From Prasinococcaceae sp. CCMP 1430 (lineage: Eukaryota > Plantae > Prasinodermophyta): DNA of 64,000 bases. This document shows positions 45,096-57,430 of this stretch, piece after piece (position 1 is the first letter of the stretch; each line of letters opens with the position of its first letter). The notes under the pieces were generated by a model, which was given only the letters and a program-made list of their open reading frames with translations, was not told the DNA's origin and did no database searches. The translations under genes were made by a program, and so were the position numbers. Location of the stretch: NCBI GenBank assembly GCA_013416795.1, contig RQSC01001079.1, positions 150,938 to 214,937 on the forward strand, read 5' to 3'.

Positions 45096-46416
45096 CTAGT
45101 CGATGAGAGCCGGCCGCACGCGCTGTTTCTTCTGAGGTGGCCTCTGCTGCTGCTGCGGCGGCGGCTTGCCTTCGGGCGCGGCCCCCTCCATCGGCGCGTC
45201 CCCGCCAGCGCCTGGTGCCTCACTCACGGGAAATCGTAAGGCGTACATCATCACCTTGAAGAGGTCGTCGGGAAACTCTTTCTGCTGCTGTGAGGCCATG
45301 AGCTCTAGGCCCGTGCGCTTGAAGAGCGCCCTGAAGTAGTCATCCGTGCGCGTGACCGAGGAGTCCTCATTGTCCATCTGGTAACGGCGCGAGTGGGACA
45401 GGAACCGAGCGCCACAGGCGTCAGCACGTGCGCAAAGAAATGGTGCGTAACGCGCCGATGGGACATGCGCGAACGCACGGCGCTCACGACTGTCGACGGG
45501 GCGCGAGCGTGCTCACCACGAAGTGGTCGCGCGCGATGTTTTCCTTGACCACGAAGAATCCGCCGGGGCGCAGCCCAGGTGAGCAGCGCTTGAAGAAGGC
45601 AATCATGTCGCTGTCGGTGAGGTGTGGCAGCACCCACTGCGCCCAGATCACATCGTACGCCTGCGGCGCGGGCGTGAAGGCCTCGAGGCCCGTTACGAAG
45701 AACTCGCGCGCGGCTCCGCCGAAGCGCCCCTTGTGGCCTGTGAGCTCAATCTTGGCCTGGTCGACGAACTTAGCGACGGGCTCGGCCAGGTCAACGTCGT
45801 GAAAGAGGTCAGACAGGCACTCCTTCGTCACGCGCCCAACGCCTGCGCCGCAATCGAGCGCCGCGAGCCTGCGCCCCTTGCCCGCGATGGCATCCCGCAG
45901 CCAAGCCCCCATCACGTCATCCCTCGCCGCGAATTCCTTGCTCTCCTGCAGGTTGCGCCGGCGCGGTGCGGCGTCAGCGCAGCACGAGGCGCCACATTCC
46001 CGCACGTCCAACAGGCCACGCGCCGTGCCGCACGAGGACGTCGCGTGCGCGTGTGCGCGCGCGCTCGGCGGACACGCGCCTTGACGTCTATGCCGCTGAC
46101 GTGGCCAAAGCCACCGAGCACGCCATCGACAGTCGCCGGAATGTTCTCCCAGTACTTGACACCATGATCGTACCAGCCGCCGTCCTCGCGCGAGCCACCC
46201 TTCATCTTCCGGTCGTGTCTCCATAAGTCCGCCGGCGAGCGAAAGCCTTGCGCCGCGCGCGGCGGACCGCGCGGGCCGCGCCTGAGTCAGTGCGGAGCGC
46301 GCGCGCATAGGCGCAGCCGCCGATGCGCCGACGCGAGGCGCGGCGCGCGCCGTCGCGCGCGCGCGCGACGCACTGCGGCCGTCTGTGTCGTAGCCCTCGA
46401 TGCGCTTGGTCGACAT
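45096..46416 (-). CDS. NTMT1: Alpha-N-terminal protein methyltransferase; exons 46416-46374, 46246-~46080, 45945-45517, 45377-45096
   Basis: YWENIPATVDGVLGGFG, ALDCGAGVGRVT, YDVIWAQWVLPHLTD, VKEN, DNEDSSVTR and MYAL. Confidence 0.93.
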
Positions 46417-47112
46417 CGCCGCCCGCGGCGTACCGATGCCGCCCACGGCACGCGGCCGTCGCCCGCGCGCCAAGACAGGTGGAGGGGTGCGGGGGCGGAC
46501 AAGGGTGAGCCCTCGTGCCGACCGCTCGCGCGCAGAGTGGCGCACTCCGACGTCGCCGAATGTTTGGGTCTCGTGCGGGCTCCCCGCCCCGCTCGTGGGC
46601 ATCATTACGGTTAATTGATAGTAGGGTTAATAATCATCCGCTGGCGCCTCCGTTCCGATGTCGGTCCGTCGACGCCTCGCGCCGGTGCCCGTGGGGGACG
46701 CGGCCATGCGTTCCCATGCGCCCGACTAGAAAAAAAAAAAAAAGCTCGCAACAAAACCGCCGTCGGCCCAAATTTTTTTTTGGAGGGAACGTTCGCGCGG
46801 GCGAAAACGCGCGCGGTTTTCGCTTTCGCGCCCGGTGCCGCGTTTCGCGGGGATCCGCGCGCGCTTTTCCGCCGCGGCGGCGTGTCCCTTCGCATGCGTG
46901 TTCGGCCCCGCCGGTGGCGGGCGAACGCGCATCCGCGAATTGCCCGGGGGGGCCGATCGCGCTGGGGGGGGGGGGGGGGGGGGGNCGCTGGGGTCCATGG
47001 GGTCGGCGTCCGTGCACTCGGGATAAGCGAGCAAAGGTTTTTGCCCGCGGGGAGCGCGCGCGCGCGAAACCGAAACCGCGCGACGGAAAGTTCGTAGCCG
47101 GGCCCGCGCGGC

Positions 47113-49647
47113 ATGCGGCGCGCGCGCCCGAAATCGCGGAGCGGAGGCGCGGAAACGCGCGTCGCGCGATACCCTCCGCTTAGGGCGCGGGGCGGTCGTT
47201 TCCCGACCCGCTCTGGCCTGCAGAATTCGCGTTACAGCGCCGCCGCCGCCGCCGTCCCGGGCGCCGGCCCCCAGAATGCCGCCGCCCCCGTCGCCTCTCA
47301 CGCGGGCATCCCCGGTGAATGGGCGTACAAGGTGCTGGGGGTGCCCGAGGGCGCGCTCTCTGGGGAGGTGCAGCAGGCGTACAAGAGGCGCACGAGCAGT
47401 GCGCCCGGCGAGGGCTACTCTGAGGACGCGCTTGCGAGCCGGCAGCAAGTGCTCGAGGCGGCCGCCTCGTTGCTGTGCGCGCCGAGCGCGCGCTACGCAT
47501 ACGACCGCGAACTCGCCGCGGGACGCGGCCAGTGCGAGGCAGAGCTGCCGCCGCACCTGGTGGCTGGCGTGTTTGTGTCGCTGGAGGAGACGGGCGACGC
47601 CGAGTGCGTGCTGCGCGCGGGCCATGATGCGCTCCAGCGCTCGACGATGAGCCCGGAGACGCGCGCCGACGTGCTGCTCGCCATGGCTCTGAGCGAGTGC
47701 TCGCTTGCGCGGCGCGAGCTCGAAGCGGGGCGCATTCCGAAGGGGTGCGAGCGGCTTGAGTCTGCGCTCGGCCTGCTCGAATCCGAGAGAGACTTCCACG
47801 GCGCCCCAATCGCGCCGGCTTTGCTCGACGAGATCGACCGCTCGCTGGAGCTGCTTGCGCCGGCGTGCGCGCTCGCGCACCTCGGTCTGCCGCTTGACGA
47901 GGAGAACGCCAAGACGCGCGCGAACGCCGCGCATACGCTCGCGCAGCTCCTCAAGGTGCCGCGCACGGGTCCGTCCGTGGACGCTTCGCGGCTGCCTGCC
48001 CTGAACGTCAAGTACGTGCGCAGCGCGTTCGGACGGCTGACTCCTGAGGAGGCGGCCGGCCTCGTCGACTGGTGGCGCGTGGCCGACGTCATGCTTGGGC
48101 GTGGAAGCGTGCTTCCGGGCTCGCAGGCCGAGGCCATACGATTGGGTGCCACGGCGATGATGGCGGTAGGCTTCTACATGCACAATCCGCAACTCGTCGC
48201 CGATGCCGACGTGGCACTCGCCGACGTCGCTGAAGTCGCCGGCGCGCACGTGGAGATCGAGCGCTGCGTCGCCGCGCTGTTGCTCGGCCAGCCCGCCGAA
48301 GCGCTTCGGTGGGCGAACGATGCTCTCATCGCTGCCGTCGAGGGCAGGGCTGGAGCGGCGCTCTCAGCCACCTCCGAGCGCTCCCTGCGCTTGGTGGCCG
48401 AAGCCGCTGAGAGTGGGGGGGTCGACGCCGCGCTCCCCGGGCTGTGCGCGCTCGTCGAGCGCTGGCTGGCAGAGGCCGCGCTCGCCCCGTTCCGCGTGCC
48501 GGACGCGTCTTACGCCTTGGAGAATGGCTCCGTCGCAGCGACCGCTGCAGCGGATGGAGCCAGCCTGATGCTGTTTTTCGATGACCCAGTGGTCACGAGG
48601 TTCGCTGAGGCATGCGAGTATCCGCCTCAGCGAAGGTCGTACGGTTTCGGGGGTGCCTTGGTCGGCGCGTGGAAGAGTGTGGGCGGCTTTTTTGGCGGGC
48701 TCTTCGGCGGAAACGGGGGCATGGACGCAGCGACGCCACAGGCGCCGGCACAGAAGGACACGAGGACACGCGGGGCAGCGACGGAACTCGAGGCTACGAG
48801 TGCGGTGGGTGCGGCACCCGGCGAGGCGCGCGCATCGCCCGGCCGCGGCGTCTTTGACACGACCGGCATCCGGGGGGTCGATTCCACTGACGGAGCGAGG
48901 GGCTCGACGGAGTCGGGCTGGGCTGACCCGGAGGTGATGAAGGCGACTGCCGAGGCGGAGCAGGTTGCAAAGGCGCGTGCTGGCGAGGTGGGCGGGGGCT
49001 CGGGATTGCGAGACTCCATACCGGCGCCTCCGCTCCCTTCTTCGATTCCCGCATCGGAGCGCCAAGCAAATGGCGCACTTCGCAGCAAGCGCCTGCCCCT
49101 GAGGGTGCGTCAGTCTATCGGCGTGGCATGCATCGTGGCGGCTGCAGCCGTGGCGCGCACAGCCATGCGTATGGACTCGGACGCTGGGGACGGCGGCGTC
49201 CCTACAATGTCGGCAAGGGCAACAGGGGCCGCGCCTGCGCGCGGGCCTCAGCTCGACCGCCGCGCGGCCGAGCAGGCCATTCGGCGGTGGCAGGACGCGA
49301 AGCGCAACGCCCTTGGACCGAAACGGGCGACCGGTGGCCTGGGTGATGTGCTAGCTGAGCCAGCGCTCACGCAGTGGAGAGGCCGCGCCAGCGACGCGGC
49401 CACGAACGGCTACCACTGGGAGTACAAGCTGCGCTCGCTCAGGCTAATGGATGGGCCCAAGTCGACGGCCGGCGGCGGCTGGACAGTGGACGTGAGTCTG
49501 GATGAGGGCGCGAAGCTAGTGTGCAAAGAGGACCCGTCCATCAACGGCTCGTACAACAACGTGTATACAGCGCGCTACGAGATCGTTCGCGACCTCAAGT
49601 CGCACTCGTGGAAGGTCAAGAGCACCACAGTAGTCCAGTCGCAGTAG
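47113..49647 (+). CDS. ARC6: Plastid division protein ARC6/Ftn2 family
   Basis: J-like YKVLGV...GYSEDALASRQQVL, DVLLAMAL, EIDRSLELLAPACAL, ALLLG, a TM segment, and the intermembrane-space (IMS) domain IRRWQDAKRNALGP...W..YKL...Y..RYE. Could be the PARC6 paralogue. Confidence 0.88.
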   Translation: MRRARPKSRSGGAETRVARYPPLRARGGRFPTRSGLQNSRYSAAAAAVPGAGPQNAAAPVASHAGIPGEWAYKVLGVPEGALSGEVQQAYKRRTSSAPGEGYSEDALASRQQVLEAAASLLCAPSARYAYDRELAAGRGQCEAELPPHLVAGVFVSLEETGDAECVLRAGHDALQRSTMSPETRADVLLAMALSECSLARRELEAGRIPKGCERLESALGLLESERDFHGAPIAPALLDEIDRSLELLAPACALAHLGLPLDEENAKTRANAAHTLAQLLKVPRTGPSVDASRLPALNVKYVRSAFGRLTPEEAAGLVDWWRVADVMLGRGSVLPGSQAEAIRLGATAMMAVGFYMHNPQLVADADVALADVAEVAGAHVEIERCVAALLLGQPAEALRWANDALIAAVEGRAGAALSATSERSLRLVAEAAESGGVDAALPGLCALVERWLAEAALAPFRVPDASYALENGSVAATAAADGASLMLFFDDPVVTRFAEACEYPPQRRSYGFGGALVGAWKSVGGFFGGLFGGNGGMDAATPQAPAQKDTRTRGAATELEATSAVGAAPGEARASPGRGVFDTTGIRGVDSTDGARGSTESGWADPEVMKATAEAEQVAKARAGEVGGGSGLRDSIPAPPLPSSIPASERQANGALRSKRLPLRVRQSIGVACIVAAAAVARTAMRMDSDAGDGGVPTMSARATGAAPARGPQLDRRAAEQAIRRWQDAKRNALGPKRATGGLGDVLAEPALTQWRGRASDAATNGYHWEYKLRSLRLMDGPKSTAGGGWTVDVSLDEGAKLVCKEDPSINGSYNNVYTARYEIVRDLKSHSWKVKSTTVVQSQ

Positions 49648-49762
49648 CATGACAGTAGGAGCGGGCACCAGCGAGGGGTGAAGGCTTTTAAATCGTATTA
49701 TGCATTCAGGACTACCCCCAGCTCGCCAGTACAGTGCAGCAAGAATGAGGCTATGCCGCGCG

Positions 49763-51133
49763 CTATTTGGCAACCTCAAGCACGAATCTCCACCCATTGC
49801 GATCATCCGTCACCTTGCAACTGGTAATGACCTGGGCCCCCATGGACGGAGCCCCGCTCCATGGCTCGCCCCCTCGGCCCTCTGCAAGCTCGGCGCAGTC
49901 GCCGGCGGCCTTTGCGGCAGCGTGCAACGGACCATTGCATGTGCCACCACCGAGCCTCGACTTGAGCAGCAACTCGAAGTCTGGCATCTCGCGCAGTGGC
50001 CTGAGCGCCTCCGCGAAGCGTGTCCACACCCACGCTGGCGTGGGCACACCCGCAGAGCCAACTTCAGCTGTGTAGATGTATTCAGCGCCGGAGAGTGCCT
50101 TGGATAGCCGCGCTGGCATCGAGTACAGGGACGCTCCGGCGAAGAGAGAAGGTGACAACAGCACCGGCGGTACCCCCGCGCTGGCCTTCGCAGTCCCGCG
50201 CTCCAGCAGGAAATTAAACAGCGCGTGACACCGGCGCGCCCCCGACGCAAATGCCGCCGATGCCGTGTTCCAATCGAGCACCTCCTGCTCCTCATCAGCG
50301 TGTGGCTCAGCGTTTTCGCCGTCCTCGTCCTCGCAAGCCACAGCCAAAGGTTCAGTTTTCCGCCTCTTTGCCTCCGGCGGCGCCATCGGCGAGACAGTCT
50401 TGACGCCCTCCTTCTTAAGCTGCTGGCGCAGCGCCTTGTTGGTGCGGCTGATGGTCGCGCTAGCCTTGGCTCGCCCGCAGGCGCCTTGGGCTGAAGTAAA
50501 AACTACCTCCAGGTCAGGCTCGCAATAGTAGAACATCGGGCACACGGACGGCCCGTTGTGGCGTAGCGATGAGTACAGCGAGAGGAACGCCGCTCTCCAC
50601 CGGTTTTTCGCGTCCGCGATGGCGGCCTGGTCGTCCGAGGGGTGCGGGTGCACCCAGGTGAGCAGCGAGGCCTGCACGGCAGCTGCGGGATCGCTCGGGC
50701 GATGGTCGATCCAGGACGCCGCGGTCAATGCATGCGACGCCGCCCTGTCGTCGTGCAGCGCAGCGCGGAGCCATTCGAGCTTACTGTGCGCGACGAGGCG
50801 CACGGAGGCCTTCGTACCAAGGTCGCGCGGTGGCGCCCCGCGACAGCGCTGCCTCTTGTCGTCGGCTCCACACGCCTCCTCGACCGCCGCATCGCCAGGC
50901 GGCGAGGTTTTCCTCTCAACTTCCGCCCCTCCCAGCTCCAGCGCGGCCCCACCGGCGCGAGAGAGGCCCATGCGGCTGCCGATGCGCAGCATGGCAGGCA
51001 GCCCTGCGAAGCTTGTGCCGCCAGCGCCCGCGCCCCCGCCGCCATTGCCGGCCGGCGCAGCGTTGGAGAAGTTCGCCCCGGCGTTGCTGTACATCGCCTG
51101 GAGCTCATCTGCAGTGACAATGTTGCCCGCCAT
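49763..51133 (-). CDS. DONSON: DONSON (downstream neighbour of SON) replication factor
   Basis: PPRDLGTKASVRL, LLTWVHP, WRAAFLSLYSSLR..CPMFYY, ISRTNKALRQQLKKEGV, HALFNFLL and PPVLLSPSLF.GAS. Confidence 0.85.
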   Translation of the reverse strand: MAGNIVTADELQAMYSNAGANFSNAAPAGNGGGGAGAGGTSFAGLPAMLRIGSRMGLSRAGGAALELGGAEVERKTSPPGDAAVEEACGADDKRQRCRGAPPRDLGTKASVRLVAHSKLEWLRAALHDDRAASHALTAASWIDHRPSDPAAAVQASLLTWVHPHPSDDQAAIADAKNRWRAAFLSLYSSLRHNGPSVCPMFYYCEPDLEVVFTSAQGACGRAKASATISRTNKALRQQLKKEGVKTVSPMAPPEAKRRKTEPLAVACEDEDGENAEPHADEEQEVLDWNTASAAFASGARRCHALFNFLLERGTAKASAGVPPVLLSPSLFAGASLYSMPARLSKALSGAEYIYTAEVGSAGVPTPAWVWTRFAEALRPLREMPDFELLLKSRLGGGTCNGPLHAAAKAAGDCAELAEGRGGEPWSGAPSMGAQVITSCKVTDDRNGWRFVLEVAK

Positions 51134-51566
51134 GCCTCTCCACCCCCACCCCCACCACACACACGCGCGCATCGCCATTCCAGAGCGCGCGTGTGCGCGT
51201 GTACATACACACCGACGCACCCCCCCCCCCCCCCTGTGCCGGCCCGCCCACGCGCGCCGCCGCCCACACGGCCGCCGCCGGCGCACGCGTGCCGTGCGCG
51301 CTCTGTGGCGACTGAAAAGAAAAGGCCACGCGTGTGTGCAAGAGCGCCAATCCATCCGAAATTCAAAGTGTGGTGCGTGCTGTGTGCGCCGTCACACAGC
51401 GCGCGCGAGCGCGCTTGCGTCGGCGCGGCGTGCCTGAAGAGGCGGCGCGCCGCCGCGGCCAGCGGTGGGGCGCGCGCGATGGTACGGGCGTCACGCACTT
51501 GCTGACGCAAGCAGGGTGAGAGGGCTTGGGGGAGAGGGCGCGCGGTGGTTGGTTGACGCTTGGCGA

Positions 51567-54500
51567 ATGGGGCGAGCATGGGGCACCAGGCGGGGGGCGC
51601 AACGCTTGGAGAATCTCGCAGCGGCGCTCGCGCTCCCGCTCGCGGCGACGCTCGTCCTTCCCCGCGCTGGAGCGCCGCTGCGTGCCGCGCGCGCGCAGCT
51701 GCTCGAAGCCGTACCAATATTAGTGCCGGGTGCCTGCCCGTCGCAAGGTGGCATCGGCAACCAGGCACCGTCAGTGGCGTTGTCGGATCACCAATGGTGG
51801 CTGCTGCAACCCGGGCGCACGTACGGCGAGCTCTTCGTCGACTTTACCGTGTCAGACGCGAATGTGATCGGCGCCAATGGCACGCAGGACCGCCTCATTG
51901 GCCGGTGGTCATTCGCGCAGCAGCCCGAGCATTCTCGCCTCCGGGATGAAGACATCCTTAACGGTCTCGTGTTTGCCAATGAGAGTGGCGTGTATTCGAC
52001 CAACTACACCGCGCTCACGGGCACCTCCGACGAGCTCTTCTGGACACTCAACGTCAGCGAAGTCGAGTGGTTTGACCGCTCTCCCGCGGCATTCGTCCCT
52101 GACGCGGCAGGTTTGTATGTAGTGTCGCTCAATGTCACTGACGCCTGCAACGCAACAGCGGACGAGGTGACCAACATTACGCTGCGCTGTGACTACGACC
52201 CGCGCGCCGGGCTCACACACAACGCCGCACGAGCGAGCGTCATGAACGGGCGCCGCGCGCTCCGTTTCGCCGACTTCGAGCACCCGCTGGGGTGGTTCGA
52301 GCCCGTGCGGCTCGATGGTAGTGCCTCCTACGCTGAGCCAATGGGTTGGTACGACCCGACGCTGGAGCCCTACCGAGACTGGGTGGACGCCCCTGTCTGG
52401 GATGTGCCCTTCCAGGCAGACGGCCTCCTGTACGAGTGGGCGATCCGGGGGGCGCCGCCTGGTAGTGTGCTGGCCATGTCAGACACAGAGCCGAGCGGGA
52501 TGGCCGCAATTCAAAAGACAGCTGACGAGGTGGTGCAGTACACCCCGCAAGGTGCCCGCATCCTGCACGCCAACTCGCGCGACGGCAACCACGCCCGCGC
52601 TGGCCTGGAGCTACCCATCCCGAGGCTCACCGATCCCACAGGGGTGTGGACGCGCTTCTCCCCAGACGTTGTCGGTTTCTACGACTTTGACCTCACAGTG
52701 AGCAACGCTTGCACGTCGGAAGTTGTTAATACGAGTGTCTACTTCACGTGCAACTCGCCACCGGACATCGGCATGGTTGTCGACCTGGTCGACGAGGACA
52801 TCTGCATGGACGGTGCTGTGTACAACGCTGAGGATGCCACTATGGACATCGAGTCTGACCCCCTGTACTTCCGCTTCAAGCTGCTCGACGCGCCGAATGC
52901 GTCGTTGTCCACACCACTCACCTACACCGCCACTTTGAGTGACTACGAATGGTCCACGGCCGATACAGCGCGCTCGACGTACCTCTACCCCGACATGCGG
53001 GGGGAATACACCGTTCAGGTGGAAGTCACAGACGGCTGCACAGTGTCTACCTTGGCGCGTGTACATGACGTTAGGTGGCGGTGCACAGACATGGCCATCC
53101 ACGCGAATGCTGGCCTTTGTCTCTACTTCCTAGGCATGGTGATTGGTTGGACCGGATGGCACATTTGGCGCGTACGCGAGGACAATGTCCACCCGCTCAG
53201 CCCCATTGTGATCAGGGAAGACGCCGCCAGACTCATCGCCCATGAGGAGGCCGTTGCAGCCGGGCGCTGCAGGGTGTTGCAGGCAAGCGGAGCATTTGAG
53301 AAATCTGCAGCCGCGGCGAGGACCAACAAGGCCGTGGCAGATGCGCGTCGCTCTGACGGGGCCAGCACCGCTTTGGACCTGAACGTCGTGGTGGCCGCGA
53401 AAGACACCACTGGCAAGGTGGACTTGGACAAGGAGCTGCGTTTGCTACCACCGAGAGTAGCCACCTGGCGCTTGCTGCGTGTGCTGTGCGTGATTGCTGA
53501 GGGCGTGACGTTTCTATCGCTCTCGCTCACGCCCAACACGTGGTTTCACAAGGTCATCACGACGTGGTTTCCCGCCATCGCCCTCAATCTGCCGGCGCCG
53601 CTCGTGCATGCACAACTCTGGGGCTTCTTCGTCGCTGTGGTGACACTCTCTGTGGCGCCCTTAAGGCCCTTCGGGGCCGGCCGCCACCGTCGTTTTCGTT
53701 CGAGACAAGAGAAACGAGCTCGTGGTGATGGCGGTGGCGACAGCAAGTACTCAGCGCCGGAGAAACGAGCTCGTGGTAATGGCGGTGGCGACAGCAAGTA
53801 CTCAGCGCCGCGAGCACCCGAGAAGAGCGGTCGCTCCTACTCTCTGCATTCATTGCACACCGGATCGCAGGCGGATCGATCTCACTCGGGTGCTTCCTTT
53901 GCGCGCTCTAACGGGTCGCAGAGTGCAACTCGACCTGGTCACCCGTCCGCGTCGCCCCCTCGCTCGCCATTTCGCTCGATCTCGATGGCGCACGGTGGGC
54001 CACCCGGGCGCGCTCGTATGAGCTGGCCCTCACAAACTCGCTCTGACAACAGTGGATCCCCGACATCTGTGGCCTCGAGAGCTTCCCCACACAACAGCCT
54101 GATTTTCGACCCGCGTACGAAGAAACCCTTGCTCATGTCGGAGCTGACGCCCAGGCAAATGCGAAGGCACAAGATTCTATTGTGGAGGCTCTCGCTCATG
54201 ACACGATTGCGGCGGGCGACCTTAGACATGCGCAGGCGTGTGCATGGCTGGCTATACATCTCCCGGCGGTGGACGGCGCTCGTACTCTGCGAGGGTCTGC
54301 TGATACCCGCTGTGATTGTGTGCTTCGATGTCTTCACCTGCACATATGACGATGACAAGGTCCCTTATCCGCACATTCACAAGGATCCGGGTATGCGATG
54401 CTGGCGAGGCGTGCACATCCTTCAGGTGGCGGTCGCTCTGACCACGTTCACCCTGCTTCTGCCATGTGCACTCGATTTTGTGACGGAGCGTGCGCACGAG

Positions 54501-57307
54501 ACCGATCTGAAGGTGCACGAGCCCCGGACACTTGCAGCGCTTCGCGTTGGCATCAAGACACTCGCCGCTGCCACGGCTGTACTCGCTGGTGGCGCCGAGA
54601 GGGAGCGCGAGACGCCCCTGGGTAAATACGGGCCGCCGCTCGAGGGAGGCAATCCCCACGTCTATCGTGACATGGCCCAGCTCGTCGTGTTGGCATTCAG
54701 TGCTGGTGGCCTGCTCATCCTCACGTATGCGCACTGCCCGATGCGCGGTGCTGGAGCGCGCTTAAATGCTCTCCGTGCATCGTTCTACGCAGCCGCGCTC
54801 TGGACCGCGCTTCTTTCGACCTACGTGACTGCCGGTGGCGACAGGTCAGTGTATGAGACCGTGGTCTCGACTGCTTTTCTCGTCGCGGTCGTTGGTGGAC
54901 TTTTAGCCGCCCTGCTCGTGTACAGAAGAACGGCTCGTCGTGCGAAGTATTTCTGCATCCCTGACAGGCCCCTGAAAGATCAGGTTTCCAGCGACGACTC
55001 GCGAGTGCGTGTGCTCGCTCTTCTGGTGACGAATGAGGTGCGAAAGTGGGCTTGCGCCTCTGTGCTGCTGGCGATCTGAAATTCTAGCCCAGTACTGCAT
55101 CGCGCCCTGAGCTGCCAGCTGACAGCGCTCACGCTTTCTTTCGGTATTGATGGTGGCCGCCTCAGGTCCCTCCTTCTCCGCATCAGGATGGTACGCCTCC
55201 TCGCGGTTCGGGCAGCAGCAATACGGTGGAACAGGAGGTCCCAGCGTGGGTTATGCTGCTCCAGGCTTGTGCGGCCGGGGCGACATCCTCGAGCTCCATG
55301 CGAGTGCGTGCGCTCGAGGTCCTCGAGCGCGCGACGCGCTCGGAGGCGGGCCTAAAGGCGATGTGCAGCACTGAGTCGTACGCTGCCGTCAAAGTTGCTC
55401 TGGCCGACGAGGACGCCCAGGTGCGGGTTCGCGCGTGCGAGGTCCTCGCCGCGGCCTGCGAACAGGCTGCAGGGCTAAAGCACGTGCTTGCGCTCGATGC
55501 CGAGAATTGGCGAGTCATCCAGAGACGGAACGACTTGTACCGGACCTCGATCAAGAACGCGCTCCTGGGCCGCATTGAGAACATGTTCCTGCGACGCATC
55601 ATACCGACATACGTGCGGTTCAGGTACATGGACGCCCTCAGCCTGCGCATGTGGACGAGGGACGACCTCGAAGCGTTGGATGAGCTTGCTGTGCGCGTGA
55701 TGGACGACGATGCGGTCGTCGCGCTGGCTGCCAATCGGGCTGTGCTCACCATGGCTTCTTCCGAGCTCGGCCTCGCGGCCATTTTAGGTGCAGCGCACGA
55801 CATGCTTGGAAAGGACCTCGACGATACCCCTGACTTTGACGACCGCGGCGGCGCAGTGGCGGAGGTGGACTCCGAGGATGGTGTCGAGGATTCGGATGGC
55901 GACGACGACAAAAGCGACGACGGCAGAAGGATTTACGAGGACGCCTCGCCGTTCCAGAGAGTCATCCTCTGGCTCTTCCGCAATGACGAGCCCATTCGCG
56001 AACGGAAGGTCAGGAAACCATGGGACAATCCACTCTTGGTCGCTGTCCTGCAGTCCACGGGGCATGCCAACAATGTAGTGCGATCTGCTGGCACGGAGCT
56101 GCTCCTGTGCCTGCTGCGCGGCGACACTGAGGCGCGCACGGTGCCCGTGTTTCAGGGCGCCCTCGAACATGAAGACTGGCGAGTGCGCCTGCGCACGCTC
56201 GAGATTTGCATCAGCGTCCTCCAGACGCGTGCCAGACAGGTCCGCGCGACACAGGATCCGGAGGATTATTTGCAGGGCGGAGATGGAGCCGCCGCGATGT
56301 CGCCGATGCAACGGAATCGACGGGTGGGGTTCTCGCTGAACTTCGGGGAGGACAGCGATGGTGATGGGGGCAACGATGGCTACGACGACGACTTGGGTTT
56401 CGATCAAAGTGGCGGCAACATGGGATCGATAGTGGACGCGATTCTGACGCGAGATTTCCTCACAGTGGTGGCCCGCCTGTTGACTGATCTGGAGAGCGTC
56501 GAGGTGCGCGTGTCGGCCATCGAGCTGATGTCCCACGCATGGGACGCGGCCGGCGGCGGACAGCGGCCATCGTCGCCGAGCCCGCTTCACTCGCGCAACC
56601 GCTCGCCAAATCGCATTAAGACCATGCGGCAGGACAGCGCTGAGGGCGGAGAGGGCCTCGACTTGCTCATGGCATGCGGTGCGATCCCGATTCTGTCCAA
56701 CCTTAGCATGGGTGACGAGCCGTCCACCTCTGCGCATTCGCGCGACCTGCTATCGAAGCTCACTGGCAACGATGAGGGGGCAGCCGAGATGCTGACAGAC
56801 CAGGCGCTGGCGGACACTGAGAGTCGCGTGATGCGTCGGCACCACATGGTCACTGAGATTCGCGCGCAGAAGGCGGGCATCAAGGAAAGCTTCGCACAGC
56901 CCACCTTTCTCGACGACGATGAGGGTGGCCGGGTGCAGGATGATGAAGCGCGCGATGGCCGTGAGCGCTCCGCCGACGAGCGTGCGCAGGAGCTCGCGCT
57001 GGCGCGGACGCCCGCTCGCCTCACGGCCACGCAGGTGCGCCGCGCTCAAGCCGTAATGGCGCCCGCACGCGTGGGGGGCTGGACACCCGGCACCGGCGAC
57101 ACGCGCCCGTGGCGCGAGCGGCTCGACGAGCTTGTCGAGGCAGGAGGAAGGCAGCAGGAAGGACGTCTGCAGGCTGCCCTGCCGCGTGGGCCGCACGAGC
57201 GCAGCGAAGCACGCATACTCGGTGCGCTGCGCGGCGTGGGCGCGCGACCCCACACGGAGGCGGGCAGGGCCGCCATCAAGTACGCGGCGGGCGTCAGGCA
57301 GCAATAG
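51567..57307 (+). CDS. Large membrane protein: N-terminal hydrophobic leader, three PKD/Ig-like repeats, multi-pass TM region, ARM/HEAT-like cytosolic tail; exons 51567-55037 and 55187-57307
   Basis: Repeats FVPDAAGLYVVSLNVTDAC, FSPDVVGFYDFDLTVSNAC and LYPDMRGEYTVQVEVTDGC. Many hydrophobic helices. HEAT-like DEDAQVRVRAC, HEDWRVRLRTL and ESVEVRVSAI. A phase-0 GT-AG intron joins the two ORFs. Confidence 0.75.
53709..53810 (+). repeat. Tandem 51-nt duplication, in frame (EKRARG(D/N)GGGDSKYSAP x2)
   Basis: Two copies differing at one base. Confidence 0.95.
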
Positions 57308-57430
57308 GGTCGCCACGTGGTCGGCCGGCGCACAGCCGCGCTGCCGTAATCATTAATAAATCAACAGTAGAGCTAGAGAGACTAACTCGTACTCTAGTAC
57401 TAAGCTACCGGAGCGCATGGCAGCGGAGCG

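Noticed and set aside
53709-53810. Direct repeats as a CRISPR array or mobile-element ends
   Set aside because: Only two in-frame copies without spacers, inside a coding region, and no cas or transposase genes are present.
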